This document shows, piece after piece, positions 43,777 to 55,330 of a stretch of DNA of 64,000 bases. Location of the stretch: the NCBI GenBank assembly GCA_038893355.1, contig JAWARQ010000005.1, positions 64,001-128,000 of the forward strand. Direction: 5' to 3'. Under the pieces are notes generated by a model that worked only from the letters and a program-made list of their open reading frames with translations, searched no databases and was not told where the DNA came from. The DNA is from Sulfolobaceae archaeon. GTDB taxonomy: Archaea; Thermoproteota; Thermoprotei_A; Sulfolobales; Sulfolobaceae. Position 1 is the first letter of the stretch; every line of letters begins with the position of its first letter. The position numbers were made by a program, and so were the translations under genes.

Positions 43777-46524
43777 TCATTTGTTAACTATAAATTTCTT
43801 AGCCCTTAGAAATTTTCGTTCTTCCTCTATTAGAGCCTCATAGAACTTTTCTTCCCCTTCCATTAATTTATGAATTATTCTGCCTAAATTATGAGGCCCT
43901 ACTCCGTTAGTTACAAGCCCTATTACGGCCCATCTTTTATAATTTGCAAATAAGTCTGCAGTTAGCTTTAATTCATTAAGTTTTTCCCTCTCACTTCTAT
44001 TTAACTTTTCGCCTTTTATATTTTTATTAATTATATTTATTGCATCTAAGTCATCATGCCGAGTTACTGCTAGGAAAACTGAACCGCATTTAGGGCAATT
44101 CTCTACTATATCACTTACTTTAAACTTTTCACTCCATCCACATATAATACAAATAAGTCTGACTTCCTTATTTAATAACCTTCTTTTAAATACTTCCAGT
44201 AATATGGGTAGATCTTCATTAGATTTTGAAATTATAAATAATTTTTCTAAAAATAATTGAGATAGAGGAGAGGGTGATGGAACTTCTAAAATTTCTATAT
44301 CAAAATCTTTAATCTCTTTTAAAGCCTCTATATCATATTCTTTTGATATTATCTCTCTAATAGCTTCTTCACCTACTAAAGTATCTCTAAAAAACCTTAG
44401 GATGCTTAAAATTTTCTCTAGCTCTACATCATGGTCTACAGCACCAAACCTTTTGGCTTCTATTACTAGCTTCCATTTATACTTTGGACTCTGAACTGCA
44501 GCTTTTTTTAATATATTAAATAGTGATGCTTCATCAAGTGATTTAATTAAATTCATTGCATCCCTTATCTTTTCCATGGAGAATAGAAGTGATGATGCTA
44601 AGATGATATGATAGGCGTCAAATTGATATGAAACTTTAACAGAACTTGACGATAGAAGCTGTGAAAGTATTGCACCTAAGGTATTATTACCTCTAGTTCC
44701 TAGAGGGGAGTGAATAATTACTAAGTCTTTTAAAACCTCTATCACAATTTTATTAGGAGAAGGTAAAGGATAACCCCTTCTAACATGTTCATTAATTTTA
44801 CTCTTAATTTCCTCAATAGTATTCTCATCTAAATCTAAATTATTATAATTATTTAAGTATATTTCATATAAATATTCATAAACATTCTTTGCTACCTCTT
44901 TTTCAACTGGAATTGACTCTCCAAACCAAGAGGGTAATACTCCACTCTCTATTTTTGCGTTCTCCACATAAATTTTACCATTCTCTATAGAAACCACTTT
45001 CCAAATCCTTCCTGCGAGAACAAATACAGAGTCCTCGTCTAATGATGTCACAAAATCCTCATCCAGTACTCCTATTTTGGTATTACTTACATAATCTATG
45101 ACTAGATAACTTTTAGAAGAGTCTGGTATCATATTCACGTTATAATAATAACTTATTGTACGTGAGTATGGTCTTATTGATTCTCCATCATATTTAACGA
45201 TTTTTATTTCGCCTAAATATTTTATTATACTTTCAAACTCTTCTCGCTTTAAATCTTTAAAATAATATACAGACTTAAATAGTTCAAATAGTTCATCAAA
45301 CTTATATTCATTAATAAGAGAAAGACCCGCAGTAAGGTGTGCAATAACATCATAAGGTTTAAATTCTACAGTGGGTTTCTCTAAATATCCCTTATAAGCC
45401 AGGTTCTTGATAGATACACATTCTAGTATATCAAAGATATCAGTTGATGGTATTATTATTCCTTTAGATTCCCTGTCTAATGAATGACCACTCCTTCCTA
45501 CCCTCTGTATAAGCCTAATAACTTGCCTTGGCGACATGTATTGTATTACTAGGTTTATCTTACCGATATCAATTCCTAGCTCTAGACTAGAAGTAGCAAC
45601 TACTGCATCAATTTCACCTTCTCTAAATTTACTCTCTACGGTAGTTCTTATTTCTCTAGATAATGAACCATGGTGGGAATATACGTTTAAACCGTATATT
45701 AAGGCTAACTGGCTCGATAAAAATTCTGCAGTATCCCTAGTATTTGTAAATATGAGAACTGGTCTATTGTTAATTATAATCTCTTTCAGTCTCTCGAGCC
45801 TAGCTAACACCTTTGGGTCGAGCCTTACTTCAGGGTACTTTAATGCTAATTCCTTAGTAGGCCTAGGAATTTCGAGATTAATTTTTATTGATTTTATGAT
45901 ATCTACCTTAATTATCTCAACATTCCCCTCTGGATCGAGAAAGTATTTAGCTATCTCCGTATCCCCGAGAGTTGCGGATATTCCAATTAATTGGATTTTA
46001 TTTATACTATTTCTCCTTAAAAATTGTATAATAACAGATAATTCTATACCCCTCTTTTCATCTATTAATTCTTGGACTTCATCTACGATAATCCACTTTA
46101 AATTTCTAAATAACTGTAAATATTTTTTATTCGTTATTAGATATAATAAACTTTCAGGAGTAGTTATTAATAAGTCAGGTGGAGATTGTAGTATTTTCTT
46201 ACTTTCTTTTCTCGGTGTATCTCCGTGCTTTAAACTTACCTTAATATCAAACTTATTCGCTATCCTTTGCAGCCTTAGCTCTATGTCCCTATTTAGCGCC
46301 CTAAGTGGGGTAATATATAATGCAGAAATTTTCTCTGGCTTCTCGGTATAAATTTTGTAGAATATGGGAAATATTGCAGCTTCTGTTTTACCAGAACCAG
46401 TAGGAGCAATAATTAGCACATTCTTCCCTTTTATTATCTCAGGAATAGCTCTTTCTTGAATAGGGGTAAGTCTACTGTAGCCTAATTCAATTAGTCTCTT
46501 TATAAACTCTCTAGAAGCTGTCAT
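43777..46524 (-). CDS. lhr: Lhr-like SF2 helicase
   Basis: APTGSGKT, DEVQE, SAT, HHGSL, SSLELGID and QRVGRSGH motifs; C-terminal CxxC..CxxC. Confidence 0.92.
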   Translation of the reverse strand: MTASREFIKRLIELGYSRLTPIQERAIPEIIKGKNVLIIAPTGSGKTEAAIFPIFYKIYTEKPEKISALYITPLRALNRDIELRLQRIANKFDIKVSLKHGDTPRKESKKILQSPPDLLITTPESLLYLITNKKYLQLFRNLKWIIVDEVQELIDEKRGIELSVIIQFLRRNSINKIQLIGISATLGDTEIAKYFLDPEGNVEIIKVDIIKSIKINLEIPRPTKELALKYPEVRLDPKVLARLERLKEIIINNRPVLIFTNTRDTAEFLSSQLALIYGLNVYSHHGSLSREIRTTVESKFREGEIDAVVATSSLELGIDIGKINLVIQYMSPRQVIRLIQRVGRSGHSLDRESKGIIIPSTDIFDILECVSIKNLAYKGYLEKPTVEFKPYDVIAHLTAGLSLINEYKFDELFELFKSVYYFKDLKREEFESIIKYLGEIKIVKYDGESIRPYSRTISYYYNVNMIPDSSKSYLVIDYVSNTKIGVLDEDFVTSLDEDSVFVLAGRIWKVVSIENGKIYVENAKIESGVLPSWFGESIPVEKEVAKNVYEYLYEIYLNNYNNLDLDENTIEEIKSKINEHVRRGYPLPSPNKIVIEVLKDLVIIHSPLGTRGNNTLGAILSQLLSSSSVKVSYQFDAYHIILASSLLFSMEKIRDAMNLIKSLDEASLFNILKKAAVQSPKYKWKLVIEAKRFGAVDHDVELEKILSILRFFRDTLVGEEAIREIISKEYDIEALKEIKDFDIEILEVPSPSPLSQLFLEKLFIISKSNEDLPILLEVFKRRLLNKEVRLICIICGWSEKFKVSDIVENCPKCGSVFLAVTRHDDLDAINIINKNIKGEKLNRSEREKLNELKLTADLFANYKRWAVIGLVTNGVGPHNLGRIIHKLMEGEEKFYEALIEEERKFLRAKKFIVNK

Positions 46525-46568
46525 AATTGCTTATTATCTTAATATATTCGGTAGTTTTAAAAAAGATT

Positions 46569-48257
46569 GTGAGAAGGAGTCTAACTCATGGAATATACTT
46601 CACGATATTAATTATTGAAATGTATTTAACTAACTTTGTAATGACCTCAACTTCTTATCTTCCTTACTTTTCTTACTTTATTATTTCAGGATTACTATCA
46701 ATTAATATTATTATATCATATTTAATATTCAATTCATTTATAATATCACTAGCTTACACATTAACATATATTTTTTTATATAAATTAATAAGAATAAATA
46801 TTGATTTAGTTACAACTATTTCTTTTGTTTTACCTACTATTTTCCTAATACTATTAATTAATTTGATTATAAGAAGGGAAATAAATGAACCTATCTTAAA
46901 TGCTCTTTCGAAAAGGAAAATATATAATAGGGATTTAAAATTATATTTCATTATTCTAATTATTTCATTATTATCAATTATTTTATATTATTACGAATTT
47001 AAAGATTTTTTTAGCATAATATCAATTGTAATTAATTCTATAATAATATTGTTCTATGGAGAGCCTTACCAGATCCCATTAATACTTTTGTCTTGGATAT
47101 CTACCCCGTACCTATTAAGTACCTTAGACGATGTTTTTTTGAGAAATGGAGGAATATGTATAGGAAAGTTAAAAGGTGTGCTTAGAAAAGACGGTGTTCG
47201 TTCTGTTATAATGACCTCTTCAAAATATAAGTGGAAGAGAATAGATAATAAAGAATATTGTTTCGATTTTTCAAAATTAAGATCTCCACATGTAGTGATA
47301 ATAGGAAGTAGTGGTTCTGGCAAGTCAAATTTAGCTAAGTTAATAGTTAAGAAGCTAGATAGTTTTATAATATTTGACATTCATGGTGAATATAATATAG
47401 ATAATGCGACTAAAATAGACCTTTCAGATTATCATATAAACCCGTTCTCCTTATTTTCGACTTCACCGAAGCAAAGGGCTTTAGAATTGGCGTTTACCAT
47501 TAAAGAACTATTTAATCTCGGTAACTTACAGATGACGGAGCTTTACAATCTATTTCTTGAAGCTTATGCAGAGAAGGGAATTTTTGAAGAGGATAGAGAG
47601 TCTTGGAAAAATGAACTACCGACTTTTTCAGATGTAATATCATTACTGATAAGAAAGAAGTCTCTTTCCTCTAATACTCAAGACCTACAAAGATATTCAT
47701 CTATAGAACCTTATATTCTATTTCTATCTAATGAGATTTTTTCAAAAAATGATATAGAATTCGAAAAAATTATGAATGGAAGGGTAATCTTAGATTTCTC
47801 AAAGATTACTATACCAGAAATAAAATATTTAATTATCGAGACTATTTTAAAAACTATTTATTCACAAATAGTTACCTTTAATAAGAGTGATAACATTAAA
47901 AAGATAATAGTAATAGATGAGGCACCATTTATTTTATCAAAGAAGTCTGGATTAACGTTAGTAGAAAGGCTAGTAGCTGAATCACGTAAATTTGGTATTG
48001 GTTTTCTAATAATTTCACAAAATACTGAATATATACAAAAAATTTTAGCAAATTCTGAATTAATATTTATATTTAACCTTATTGAACCTAATGATAGGGA
48101 ATATATATCGAGAGTTATAGGAAGTAATCAAAGTGAAGAATATAAAGCAATATATGAAACTCTAGCAAAATTAGATAGAGGTATGATGATAGTAAAAGAT
48201 AAAATTTTAGATGAGGTGTTATTAGTTTACACTCACAGAGGTGAAAATATTGTCTGA
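46569..48257 (+). CDS. Membrane-anchored HerA/VirB4-like P-loop ATPase (DUF87-like)
   Basis: Several N-terminal TM helices; H.VIIGSSGSGKS, IFDIHGEY, IVIDEA and ESRKFG...ISQ motifs; GTG 46569 preferred over TTG 46527, which abuts the lhr start. Confidence 0.82.
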   Translation: MRRSLTHGIYFTILIIEMYLTNFVMTSTSYLPYFSYFIISGLLSINIIISYLIFNSFIISLAYTLTYIFLYKLIRINIDLVTTISFVLPTIFLILLINLIIRREINEPILNALSKRKIYNRDLKLYFIILIISLLSIILYYYEFKDFFSIISIVINSIIILFYGEPYQIPLILLSWISTPYLLSTLDDVFLRNGGICIGKLKGVLRKDGVRSVIMTSSKYKWKRIDNKEYCFDFSKLRSPHVVIIGSSGSGKSNLAKLIVKKLDSFIIFDIHGEYNIDNATKIDLSDYHINPFSLFSTSPKQRALELAFTIKELFNLGNLQMTELYNLFLEAYAEKGIFEEDRESWKNELPTFSDVISLLIRKKSLSSNTQDLQRYSSIEPYILFLSNEIFSKNDIEFEKIMNGRVILDFSKITIPEIKYLIIETILKTIYSQIVTFNKSDNIKKIIVIDEAPFILSKKSGLTLVERLVAESRKFGIGFLIISQNTEYIQKILANSELIFIFNLIEPNDREYISRVIGSNQSEEYKAIYETLAKLDRGMMIVKDKILDEVLLVYTHRGENIV

Positions 48258-48576
48258 GGATGAAGTTATTTCTAACGAAATTGAAGAAGAAAAAAGTATA
48301 GAGGGTGAAGCTGAGGAAGAAGAGGAAGATAGTGAGCTAGTATTTACAAGCATTGAGGATATAGAATTACTAGTTAAAAATACTGAAGTGTGGGACAATT
48401 TATTACAAGGTAAAATCAGTCTAGATGAAGCTAAGAAGGCTTTTGAAGAAAATTTCCAACTAGTACTTAAAGGGGAAAAAAGAAAGAAGAAAAAGGGTAG
48501 TAAAAAAACTAAAGCAAAGAAAAAGAGAAAGAAGAAAAAGAAAGAAGAAGAGGAGAGTGAGGAGGAAAATGTTTAA
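48241..48576 (+). CDS. rpo13: RNA polymerase subunit Rpo13 (likely start TTG 48250)
   Basis: Acidic N-terminus, SIEDIELL..NTEVWDNLL.GKIS.DEAK core, Lys-rich tail. Confidence 0.9.
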   Translation: MKILSEDEVISNEIEEEKSIEGEAEEEEEDSELVFTSIEDIELLVKNTEVWDNLLQGKISLDEAKKAFEENFQLVLKGEKRKKKKGSKKTKAKKKRKKKKKEEEESEEENV

Positions 48577-49321
48577 GATTATCTATAGGAATGCAAAGGA
48601 ATTTGTGCAATTTCTTTCTGCTGTAGGAAAAATAAGCGATAATATAACCATAAATTTAACTGAAGAAGGGATGATTAGTAGACATTTAACTGAAGATAAT
48701 TCAATGATGAGCGTAATTAATATTTCAAAGGAAGTCTTTGACGAATATGTTATTGAAAAACCAGTATCAATAAATATGGATATAGCCTCGCTAAAAAAGG
48801 TGTTAAGGAAAGTAACAGGTAAGAAATCTACTATCGAAATTTCGGAGTCAGAAGTAGGAATAAGAGTTACTTTAAGAGACATGTCAACTGGTATAAAAAG
48901 CACAACTTATGTTAAGACAGAAAAGAGTTATAATTTACAAGTACTTAAAGAACCAAATGTTAGTCTTTCTGTATCTTTTACACTTGAAGGAAAGATATTT
49001 AAACATATAGTTGATGAAGCTTCTTTAATTGGTGATCAACTTAATTTTAAGGCAGAAAAGGATTATATTGAAATATACTCTGAAGGTACGGGTAAATTAT
49101 ACAAGGCTACCTTAAGATCAGAAAAACCCCTTAAAGAACTAAGAATAGATTCTGAAACTGAGGCTGCATATAATATGGAGCACATGAAAGATGTTGCAAA
49201 GGCCATTGGTAGTATGAAGATAATTACAATTGAATTCGGCAAGAATACACCAATTAAAATATATAGCAAGGGAGAGACAGGCGGTTATATAGGATTTTGG
49301 GTAGCACCAAGAATTTTATGA
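48557..49321 (+). CDS. pcn1: DNA sliding clamp PCNA1 (likely start ATG 48569)
   Basis: MFKIIY.NAK.F N-terminus, FWVAPR C-terminus, PCNA length. Confidence 0.88.
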   Translation: MRRKMFKIIYRNAKEFVQFLSAVGKISDNITINLTEEGMISRHLTEDNSMMSVINISKEVFDEYVIEKPVSINMDIASLKKVLRKVTGKKSTIEISESEVGIRVTLRDMSTGIKSTTYVKTEKSYNLQVLKEPNVSLSVSFTLEGKIFKHIVDEASLIGDQLNFKAEKDYIEIYSEGTGKLYKATLRSEKPLKELRIDSETEAAYNMEHMKDVAKAIGSMKIITIEFGKNTPIKIYSKGETGGYIGFWVAPRIL

Positions 49322-50406
49322 ATTTTACCCCTTTTTATTAATGCGACATATTTATTCCTAGCCTCTAATACCTCTTCTCCCTCTACAAGTAAAATAGTAT
49401 TAAATTTTCTACCTTCCTCAATAGGTTCTAAGTTTTTTATCATATCATAAGCGTTAACGGTTGCAGCTTTTAATATCTCTTTAGAGTAGTCACTTAAAGG
49501 ATCTTCAAGCCTGGAAATATATAATGCAAAAGACATTTCTTTCCAGATATCTGCATCATTCCATGCTGCATTATCTGTACCTAAAAGTACTTTTACATTA
49601 TTCCTAATTGCCGATGCAATTCTAGGAATTCCTACTCCAAACCATAAATTACTTCTAGGACATAAAACAAGCGGAATTCCTAATTCTCCTACCAGTTTAA
49701 GTTCGTCTCCAGATAAGTTAGTGCCATGAATGATTAGATTGGGTTTATAAGTCTCAATTAACCTCTCAAGATCATTTCGTAGCCATTGTCTTACTGTTTC
49801 TGAAACATGTACTGCTCTTATTTTATCTATGAATACTTCCCTAATCTTTATTAATTCTCCTTCGGAGTAAAATGTAATACTTGATACATTAAAACCATCT
49901 GTAATACTATATAGTTTTCTTAAATTATCTATATTAAATTCATGTAATTCTAATCTGCCTAAAATAACATATTTTACACTATCAATATGTGGCTTTATTG
50001 AATTTGCAAGCTGGCTACCAATTAATCCCTGCTCCCTAAAGTCTATAACTCCAAATATTCCAAATTCTTTTGACTTATTCAAAAACTTTAAAATCCATGT
50101 TTTAATTGTAATCTCGTCTAATTTTGACAATACTTCATATTTTAGACTATTAGGATCTCCCACGAGTTCTTTAATACTTTTATTAACTCCTTCCTCTAAC
50201 ATAACATAATCAGCTGTATGAGTATGTGAGTTAACGAGTGGTGGTATTGCAATAAGTCTTGAGTAATTTAATCCGTTATTTACGAATCCTTTGCCTATGT
50301 GTTCTATTACTCCATTCCTAATTACTAAATGCACATTCTCTACAAATTCAAGTTCTTCCCCTACTAATACTCCACCAATATTTAGTACGACCTCTTTATC
50401 AACCAT
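49285..50406 (-). CDS. Amidohydrolase family protein
   Basis: NSHTH, HVSE, CPRSN and LGTDN motifs. Confidence 0.85.
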   Translation of the reverse strand: MVDKEVVLNIGGVLVGEELEFVENVHLVIRNGVIEHIGKGFVNNGLNYSRLIAIPPLVNSHTHTADYVMLEEGVNKSIKELVGDPNSLKYEVLSKLDEITIKTWILKFLNKSKEFGIFGVIDFREQGLIGSQLANSIKPHIDSVKYVILGRLELHEFNIDNLRKLYSITDGFNVSSITFYSEGELIKIREVFIDKIRAVHVSETVRQWLRNDLERLIETYKPNLIIHGTNLSGDELKLVGELGIPLVLCPRSNLWFGVGIPRIASAIRNNVKVLLGTDNAAWNDADIWKEMSFALYISRLEDPLSDYSKEILKAATVNAYDMIKNLEPIEEGRKFNTILLVEGEEVLEARNKYVALIKRGKIHKILGATQNPI

Positions 50407-51077
50407 AATCTTTCCCTATTTCTTCTAATTTCGTCAAGAGCTTCAGCTGCAAGGCTAACAGCCTTTACTGGTGTCTTAGCAATTCCAATACCTATTTTTA
50501 AATTATATTTTATTAAAGTTAAAATTTCTTCTAAATTTGTTTCATTTAGAAACCCTAAAATATTATCACCGCCTAAATATTGAATTATACCGCCTAAATT
50601 ATATATGAATTTAGCTATTTTTACATAAATATCCATCATATAAATGAATGTATTATAAATTGAATCTTTTCTGGAAATTTCCGTAAAACCGTTCAAATCG
50701 AAATGTACCGAGACTACGTTTTCATCTTTATATTCTCTCAATACGACATCTTCACTAGACTCGTTTAAACATCTTGATGCTTTTTCTTGTGCCTCCCTTG
50801 GTGTTTTACCATACTCAAGGCAAGCTTTTACTCTAACCGGAGATATCATTTTAATACCATCAATAATTCTTAGTATATCATCTTTTGAAACACCATCAAC
50901 AATAACTAGGAAGGAATCGTATCTAAGAGGTAAGGGAAATGCTTCAACCTTATGACAAACCTCCATAAGTGATCTAACTAGACTACTTTGTACAATCTGA
51001 ATTTTCCATTCTCTATCATAACCTAAAGACTCTGTCCATTCTCTATAACCTATTAGACTTACTCCAAGAATTTTCAC
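50382..51077 (-). CDS. gch3: GTP cyclohydrolase IIa/III (archaeal riboflavin pathway)
   Basis: [20 protein letters not shown] and K.GIG motifs. Confidence 0.85.
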   Translation of the reverse strand: MKILGVSLIGYREWTESLGYDREWKIQIVQSSLVRSLMEVCHKVEAFPLPLRYDSFLVIVDGVSKDDILRIIDGIKMISPVRVKACLEYGKTPREAQEKASRCLNESSEDVVLREYKDENVVSVHFDLNGFTEISRKDSIYNTFIYMMDIYVKIAKFIYNLGGIIQYLGGDNILGFLNETNLEEILTLIKYNLKIGIGIAKTPVKAVSLAAEALDEIRRNRERLWLIKRSY

Positions 51078-51544
51078 TCTATAGTCACCGTTTCACCTTC
51101 TTTTATCTCTCTTACACTCCTTAAGCTCCTCAACCTTCTCCCTAATTTTACAGCAGCTTCTACTGCCCTTACAGCATATTCTTCAATTCTCTCTACAGCT
51201 TGTTCATGAGTTGCCCCAGGGCCTATAATACCTAACGTTACAGGTTTACCAAATTCTACAGCTAGATCCATTAATTTTCTTGAAGTTTGGGTTGCAACTA
51301 TTTCATCATGTTTTGTTTCACCCTTAATTACTGCACCTAAAGTTACTACTGCATCTATATCTTCCCTTTTTAATAATTCCTTTACAACTACTGGCATATC
51401 ATATGTTCCTGGAACCTTCACTACTATCTTAACATCTGAGCCTAGAAATTTTGCATGGTTTAATGCCCTTTGAAGCATTAAATATGTAATATCATAATTA
51501 AATTCTGAAACTACTATCCCTAATCTAATCGATTGGGCCTGCAT
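51074..51544 (-). CDS. ribH: 6,7-dimethyl-8-ribityllumazine synthase
   Basis: VSEFN, VPGTYD and [12 protein letters not shown] motifs; start taken at internal ATG (MQAQSIR). Confidence 0.93.
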   Translation of the reverse strand: MQAQSIRLGIVVSEFNYDITYLMLQRALNHAKFLGSDVKIVVKVPGTYDMPVVVKELLKREDIDAVVTLGAVIKGETKHDEIVATQTSRKLMDLAVEFGKPVTLGIIGPGATHEQAVERIEEYAVRAVEAAVKLGRRLRSLRSVREIKEGETVTIE

Positions 51545-51992
51545 CTTTATATCCCTGCCTAAGACCTTTTCCTGCATAAGGAGTTAATGAATTCTTTCCA
51601 TCCCTAACAAGAAGAACCAAATTTTTCGCGTGCTTCTTTGCACGATCTAGTGCTATTTCTTTTAATTTTTCCTCACTTTCAGCCTCATCTTCATGAACCG
51701 TAACATCTATTATATGTTTAGAAGTAAGTAACTGGGCCGTAATTATTCCTATACTTGCAGCTAAGTAGCTAAATTTATCGAGTAAAGTCTTTCCTACCCA
51801 TCCTAATGTTATTACACCATCACAACCTTCTTCCTCTAAGAGTTTCTTAGCTGCAACTGGAATATCCTTTATTCCTGGCACGGTGTACCTAATTATTTCT
51901 GAATCTGGGTCTTCTCTCTTTATCGTTGAAATTACTATAGATGCCATGTCTACTCTAGAAAATGTAGTATCAACAACTCCATACTTACGCAA
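51525..51992 (-). CDS. ribC: Archaeal riboflavin synthase
   Basis: [22 protein letters not shown] and GLRQG motifs. Confidence 0.93.
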   Translation of the reverse strand: MRKYGVVDTTFSRVDMASIVISTIKREDPDSEIIRYTVPGIKDIPVAAKKLLEEEGCDGVITLGWVGKTLLDKFSYLAASIGIITAQLLTSKHIIDVTVHEDEAESEEKLKEIALDRAKKHAKNLVLLVRDGKNSLTPYAGKGLRQGYKDAGPID

Positions 51993-52653
51993 TTATTCCG
52001 ACCTCCTTTAAGATTTCTTTCCCTTCAATAAATAACAGACCTTCACTTCTTGCAAACTTCAACGCGTCTTCTTTACTTAGACTTTTACCTACATCAAGCA
52101 TTTCAGCAATTACCATACTCCTTTCTAGACCTAATAGTTCAGCCAAAGTTGAAACTAGTTCGGTATGTCCTTTTCTCTTATTTATCCCTCTAGAGATTAA
52201 AATGGGAACATGTCCTGGTGAGTAGAATTCTTGATAAAACTTTTTCTTAGCTTCTTCTTGATTAACTTTAATTAATGTTATGACATTATGTAACTCTCTT
52301 ATTGTCTTTGCTCTATCATAATCTGAAATTCCAGTTTTAGTTGAGATGTGATTTACCCAAATCGAAAATGCTGGCTCATCACCATAAGGAGTTCTTTTTA
52401 CTAGCTCACTGTAACCAAGTAGCTTTAGCTGTTCAGTTAAGAATGATAATCCTAGTATTTTAGCCTCTTGATGTCCTGTAACATAGCAAATTAATCCCCC
52501 TGCCTTTGTTCTCAGTATATAGATTGATTTCCAGGATACCGTACCAGCATAGAATACCATATCTACTTCTTCTTCTCTTCCATCAAAATCGTATATAAGA
52601 ACCGGCAGACCGGATTCTAAATTTTTCCTTATTTCTGTTTTATTAATTAGCAC
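51985..52653 (-). CDS. ribB: 3,4-dihydroxy-2-butanone-4-phosphate synthase
   Basis: D.DGREEE.D, TGISD.DR, PGHVP and R.GHTE motifs. Confidence 0.92.
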   Translation of the reverse strand: MLINKTEIRKNLESGLPVLIYDFDGREEEVDMVFYAGTVSWKSIYILRTKAGGLICYVTGHQEAKILGLSFLTEQLKLLGYSELVKRTPYGDEPAFSIWVNHISTKTGISDYDRAKTIRELHNVITLIKVNQEEAKKKFYQEFYSPGHVPILISRGINKRKGHTELVSTLAELLGLERSMVIAEMLDVGKSLSKEDALKFARSEGLLFIEGKEILKEVGIIA

Positions 52654-52688
52654 AAAATATTCGACATCGTAAAACTTTATAAGTGTAT

Positions 52689-53186
52689 TTACTCAGTTCT
52701 GCGTAGTATTTTAATTAAAATTGATGATACTATCGATATTATTGAAATTATTATCATTAGTTTTAATGGATCTATAGCCCATATGGGGCTCGTATTATTA
52801 TTTATTCCAGTATTATTATTATTTACACTACTTAATATATTTCCCGTGCTAGATTTGTTTAAAGGTGGTAGTATTATAATTTGTATATTATATGACTTGT
52901 TTTGAAGAATTATTTTTATAGTAGAATTCAATAAATATATAGGTATTATAATTTTATTATAAAATAAATTTATATCTGAAATATTAGAAGAAAAATTAAA
53001 TTTTGAAAAATTTACCTCTGATTCAATTACAAGACTAGAAGGAGTTATTTTTATAGTAAAATTTATTGGTTTTTCACTATATGTCTCAGAAATATATATA
53101 TTCACCTCACCAAGAAGCGGTATGTTTAATGTTGTGAAATATGTAGATGTAAGTAATAATAGTACTATTATTTTCCACACACTCAC
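52689..53186 (-). CDS. Hypothetical secreted/membrane glycoprotein
   Basis: Signal-like N-terminus, many NxS/T sites, C-terminal TM with basic tail. Confidence 0.6.
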   Translation of the reverse strand: MSVWKIIVLLLLTSTYFTTLNIPLLGEVNIYISETYSEKPINFTIKITPSSLVIESEVNFSKFNFSSNISDINLFYNKIIIPIYLLNSTIKIILQNKSYNIQIIILPPLNKSSTGNILSSVNNNNTGINNNTSPIWAIDPLKLMIIISIISIVSSILIKILRRTE

Positions 53187-53225
53187 ATTTTTATTGTAGT
53201 AGCATTATTAAGTATTGAATATACT

Positions 53226-53978
53226 ATGTCCTCTTCAGCAACGAATCCATATAATTGGAGATTCGTATTAATTTCACAAGTAGGACTATTTGTAATATCT
53301 TTCGTTCTTAGTATATATCCTGAATACTTTTTACCAGTTTATATTTTATATTTAATAATAATATTTGGAGTAACTAGTATAATAACATATAGATCTAATC
53401 CAATACTACGAGAGAGAAAATATATTTCAGAAATAAACTCATCTAGAGTGTTATATGAGCAGAAGAACGTTAAGGAGATAATGGAAAAGGATACTGAATA
53501 TCTACAGTACATAGCATCAGTAGCATCTAAGAATCTCAGGTCAATGCTAATAATGTTTGCATATACAATATTTATTTTATTATTTTATTCATTCTATTTA
53601 GTAAAGATAATTGAAAATATATCAGAAGGTTATATAAAATTTATAATATATATAATATATTTTGAATCATTATTCTTGCTAAATTTCTTCTTAATGAGAA
53701 GATATATAAATATTGCTCAATTTTCAATAGTGGCTCCTATGAAGTATAAAATAACTGAAAAGGGTATCCTAGGTGATGCAGGTACAGTATTACATTCAAG
53801 GCATCTTCTTAATGCAATTATTACTCCAAATTATCAAAAGAATTACGTAGAAATTGAGGCTAAGAGTTCTGGTTATCCTTTTAAAATTAGACTATACACA
53901 GATAACGTTGATAAGGTTAAAGATATACTTGATAGGGTAAAAAGGTTAGAAATGAAAAGACAGTCAACTAACTCTTAG
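53226..53978 (+). CDS. DUF2208-like membrane protein
   Basis: About 4 TM helices, IMEKD.E, Y.ITEKG and C-terminal PH-like IRLYT. Confidence 0.7.
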   Translation: MSSSATNPYNWRFVLISQVGLFVISFVLSIYPEYFLPVYILYLIIIFGVTSIITYRSNPILRERKYISEINSSRVLYEQKNVKEIMEKDTEYLQYIASVASKNLRSMLIMFAYTIFILLFYSFYLVKIIENISEGYIKFIIYIIYFESLFLLNFFLMRRYINIAQFSIVAPMKYKITEKGILGDAGTVLHSRHLLNAIITPNYQKNYVEIEAKSSGYPFKIRLYTDNVDKVKDILDRVKRLEMKRQSTNS

Positions 53979-55283
53979 CTTTATAGAACTAAAGTGAAAA
54001 TGAGAATACGTAGCTAAGGTATTATTTAGTATTACTCCTTCAAAACCATTTATAATACCCTTTCCTCTTTCTACCTTAAATGCAAATTCTTCCTTTCCTA
54101 CTCTTACCGGTTTAGATATATGAAATTCGTGACCTCTTACCTTCTCTCCAGATCTTGAAATTATATTATCCTTAATCGAGAATAGCTCAGTATAACCTAT
54201 CGTTAGTTTTGGGTTTTCCACACTTATATCAATATCAAATAAATTTACCATATTATACTTCTTTCCGTCAGAATAAATTGAAGAAGATAAATACATGAGA
54301 CCTCCACACTCTGCAAAGATATATTTTGAATTGTAAGATAAATCTTTTAACCATTTTTTTGTAGAATTAGATTTTTCTAGTTCATCTAAATGCAGTTCTG
54401 GATAACCTCCTCCAATGTATACAAAATCAGCATTGTCTACTTTTTCATTATTAATTGGGCTAAAGAAATTAATTATAAAATATTTTTTTAATATATCAAT
54501 ATTTTCTTGATAATAAAAGGAAAATGCAGAGTCCAATGCTATTGCTACAATCTTTTTATTATTAGCAGTTATTTCTTCAGTTTCTAAATAATCTTCAGTA
54601 ACCTCTTCTGCACTTGTAGCAATTTCTAGTATCGAGTCTATATCGACAAAATTTTCTACATAATTTGAAACTAATGAAATTACTTCTTCTACCTTAGTCT
54701 TGTAATCATCTATAGTGATTAAACCCAAATGTCTTGAAGGTACTGTTAAATCCTTAGAGTATGGTATGTAGCCTAAAACCTTTATGCCAGCAGGAATTGA
54801 TCTTTTACAGTATTCATAATGTGAATCAGAGCCAATTCTATTAAATATTACACCTTTTATTAAACTATCATTTTTAAAAGTATAAAGACCATGAACTATA
54901 GCACCTACTGTAGATGACATGCCTTTACAGTCAATAACAAGAATTACTGGAGACTTAGTTATCCTTGCTACTTCATATGTACTAAAACGGAAATCAATAC
55001 CGTCATAATAACCCATTACACCTTCAATTATACTAATATCATAACCCTTTGAGTATTTTATTAGACTTTTTTTGACATTTTCCTCGCCCATTAACCAAAG
55101 ATCTAAGTTTATTGATGAAGAACCAGTAGCTATACGATGATAACCTGGATCTATGTAATCTGGACCTATTTTAAAAGGTCTTACTTTCATTTTTCTAGAA
55201 ATTACCCTCATAATCCCTGAGGATATTAATGTCTTACCAGAATTACTTCTATCCGAAGATATAACTACACGGTTTAATTTCAT
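53964..55283 (-). CDS. cbiA: Cobyrinate a,c-diamide synthase
   Basis: [35 protein letters not shown] and GHEFH motifs. Confidence 0.93.
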   Translation of the reverse strand: MKLNRVVISSDRSNSGKTLISSGIMRVISRKMKVRPFKIGPDYIDPGYHRIATGSSSINLDLWLMGEENVKKSLIKYSKGYDISIIEGVMGYYDGIDFRFSTYEVARITKSPVILVIDCKGMSSTVGAIVHGLYTFKNDSLIKGVIFNRIGSDSHYEYCKRSIPAGIKVLGYIPYSKDLTVPSRHLGLITIDDYKTKVEEVISLVSNYVENFVDIDSILEIATSAEEVTEDYLETEEITANNKKIVAIALDSAFSFYYQENIDILKKYFIINFFSPINNEKVDNADFVYIGGGYPELHLDELEKSNSTKKWLKDLSYNSKYIFAECGGLMYLSSSIYSDGKKYNMVNLFDIDISVENPKLTIGYTELFSIKDNIISRSGEKVRGHEFHISKPVRVGKEEFAFKVERGKGIINGFEGVILNNTLATYSHFHFSSIKLRVS

Positions 55284-55330
55284 GCTAAATGTTAAATTCG
55301 TTATAGTCCTATTTAATTATAGGGTTAAAG

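Noticed and set aside
48475-48570. Purine-rich low-complexity tract
   Set aside because: Encodes the Lys/Glu-rich Rpo13 tail
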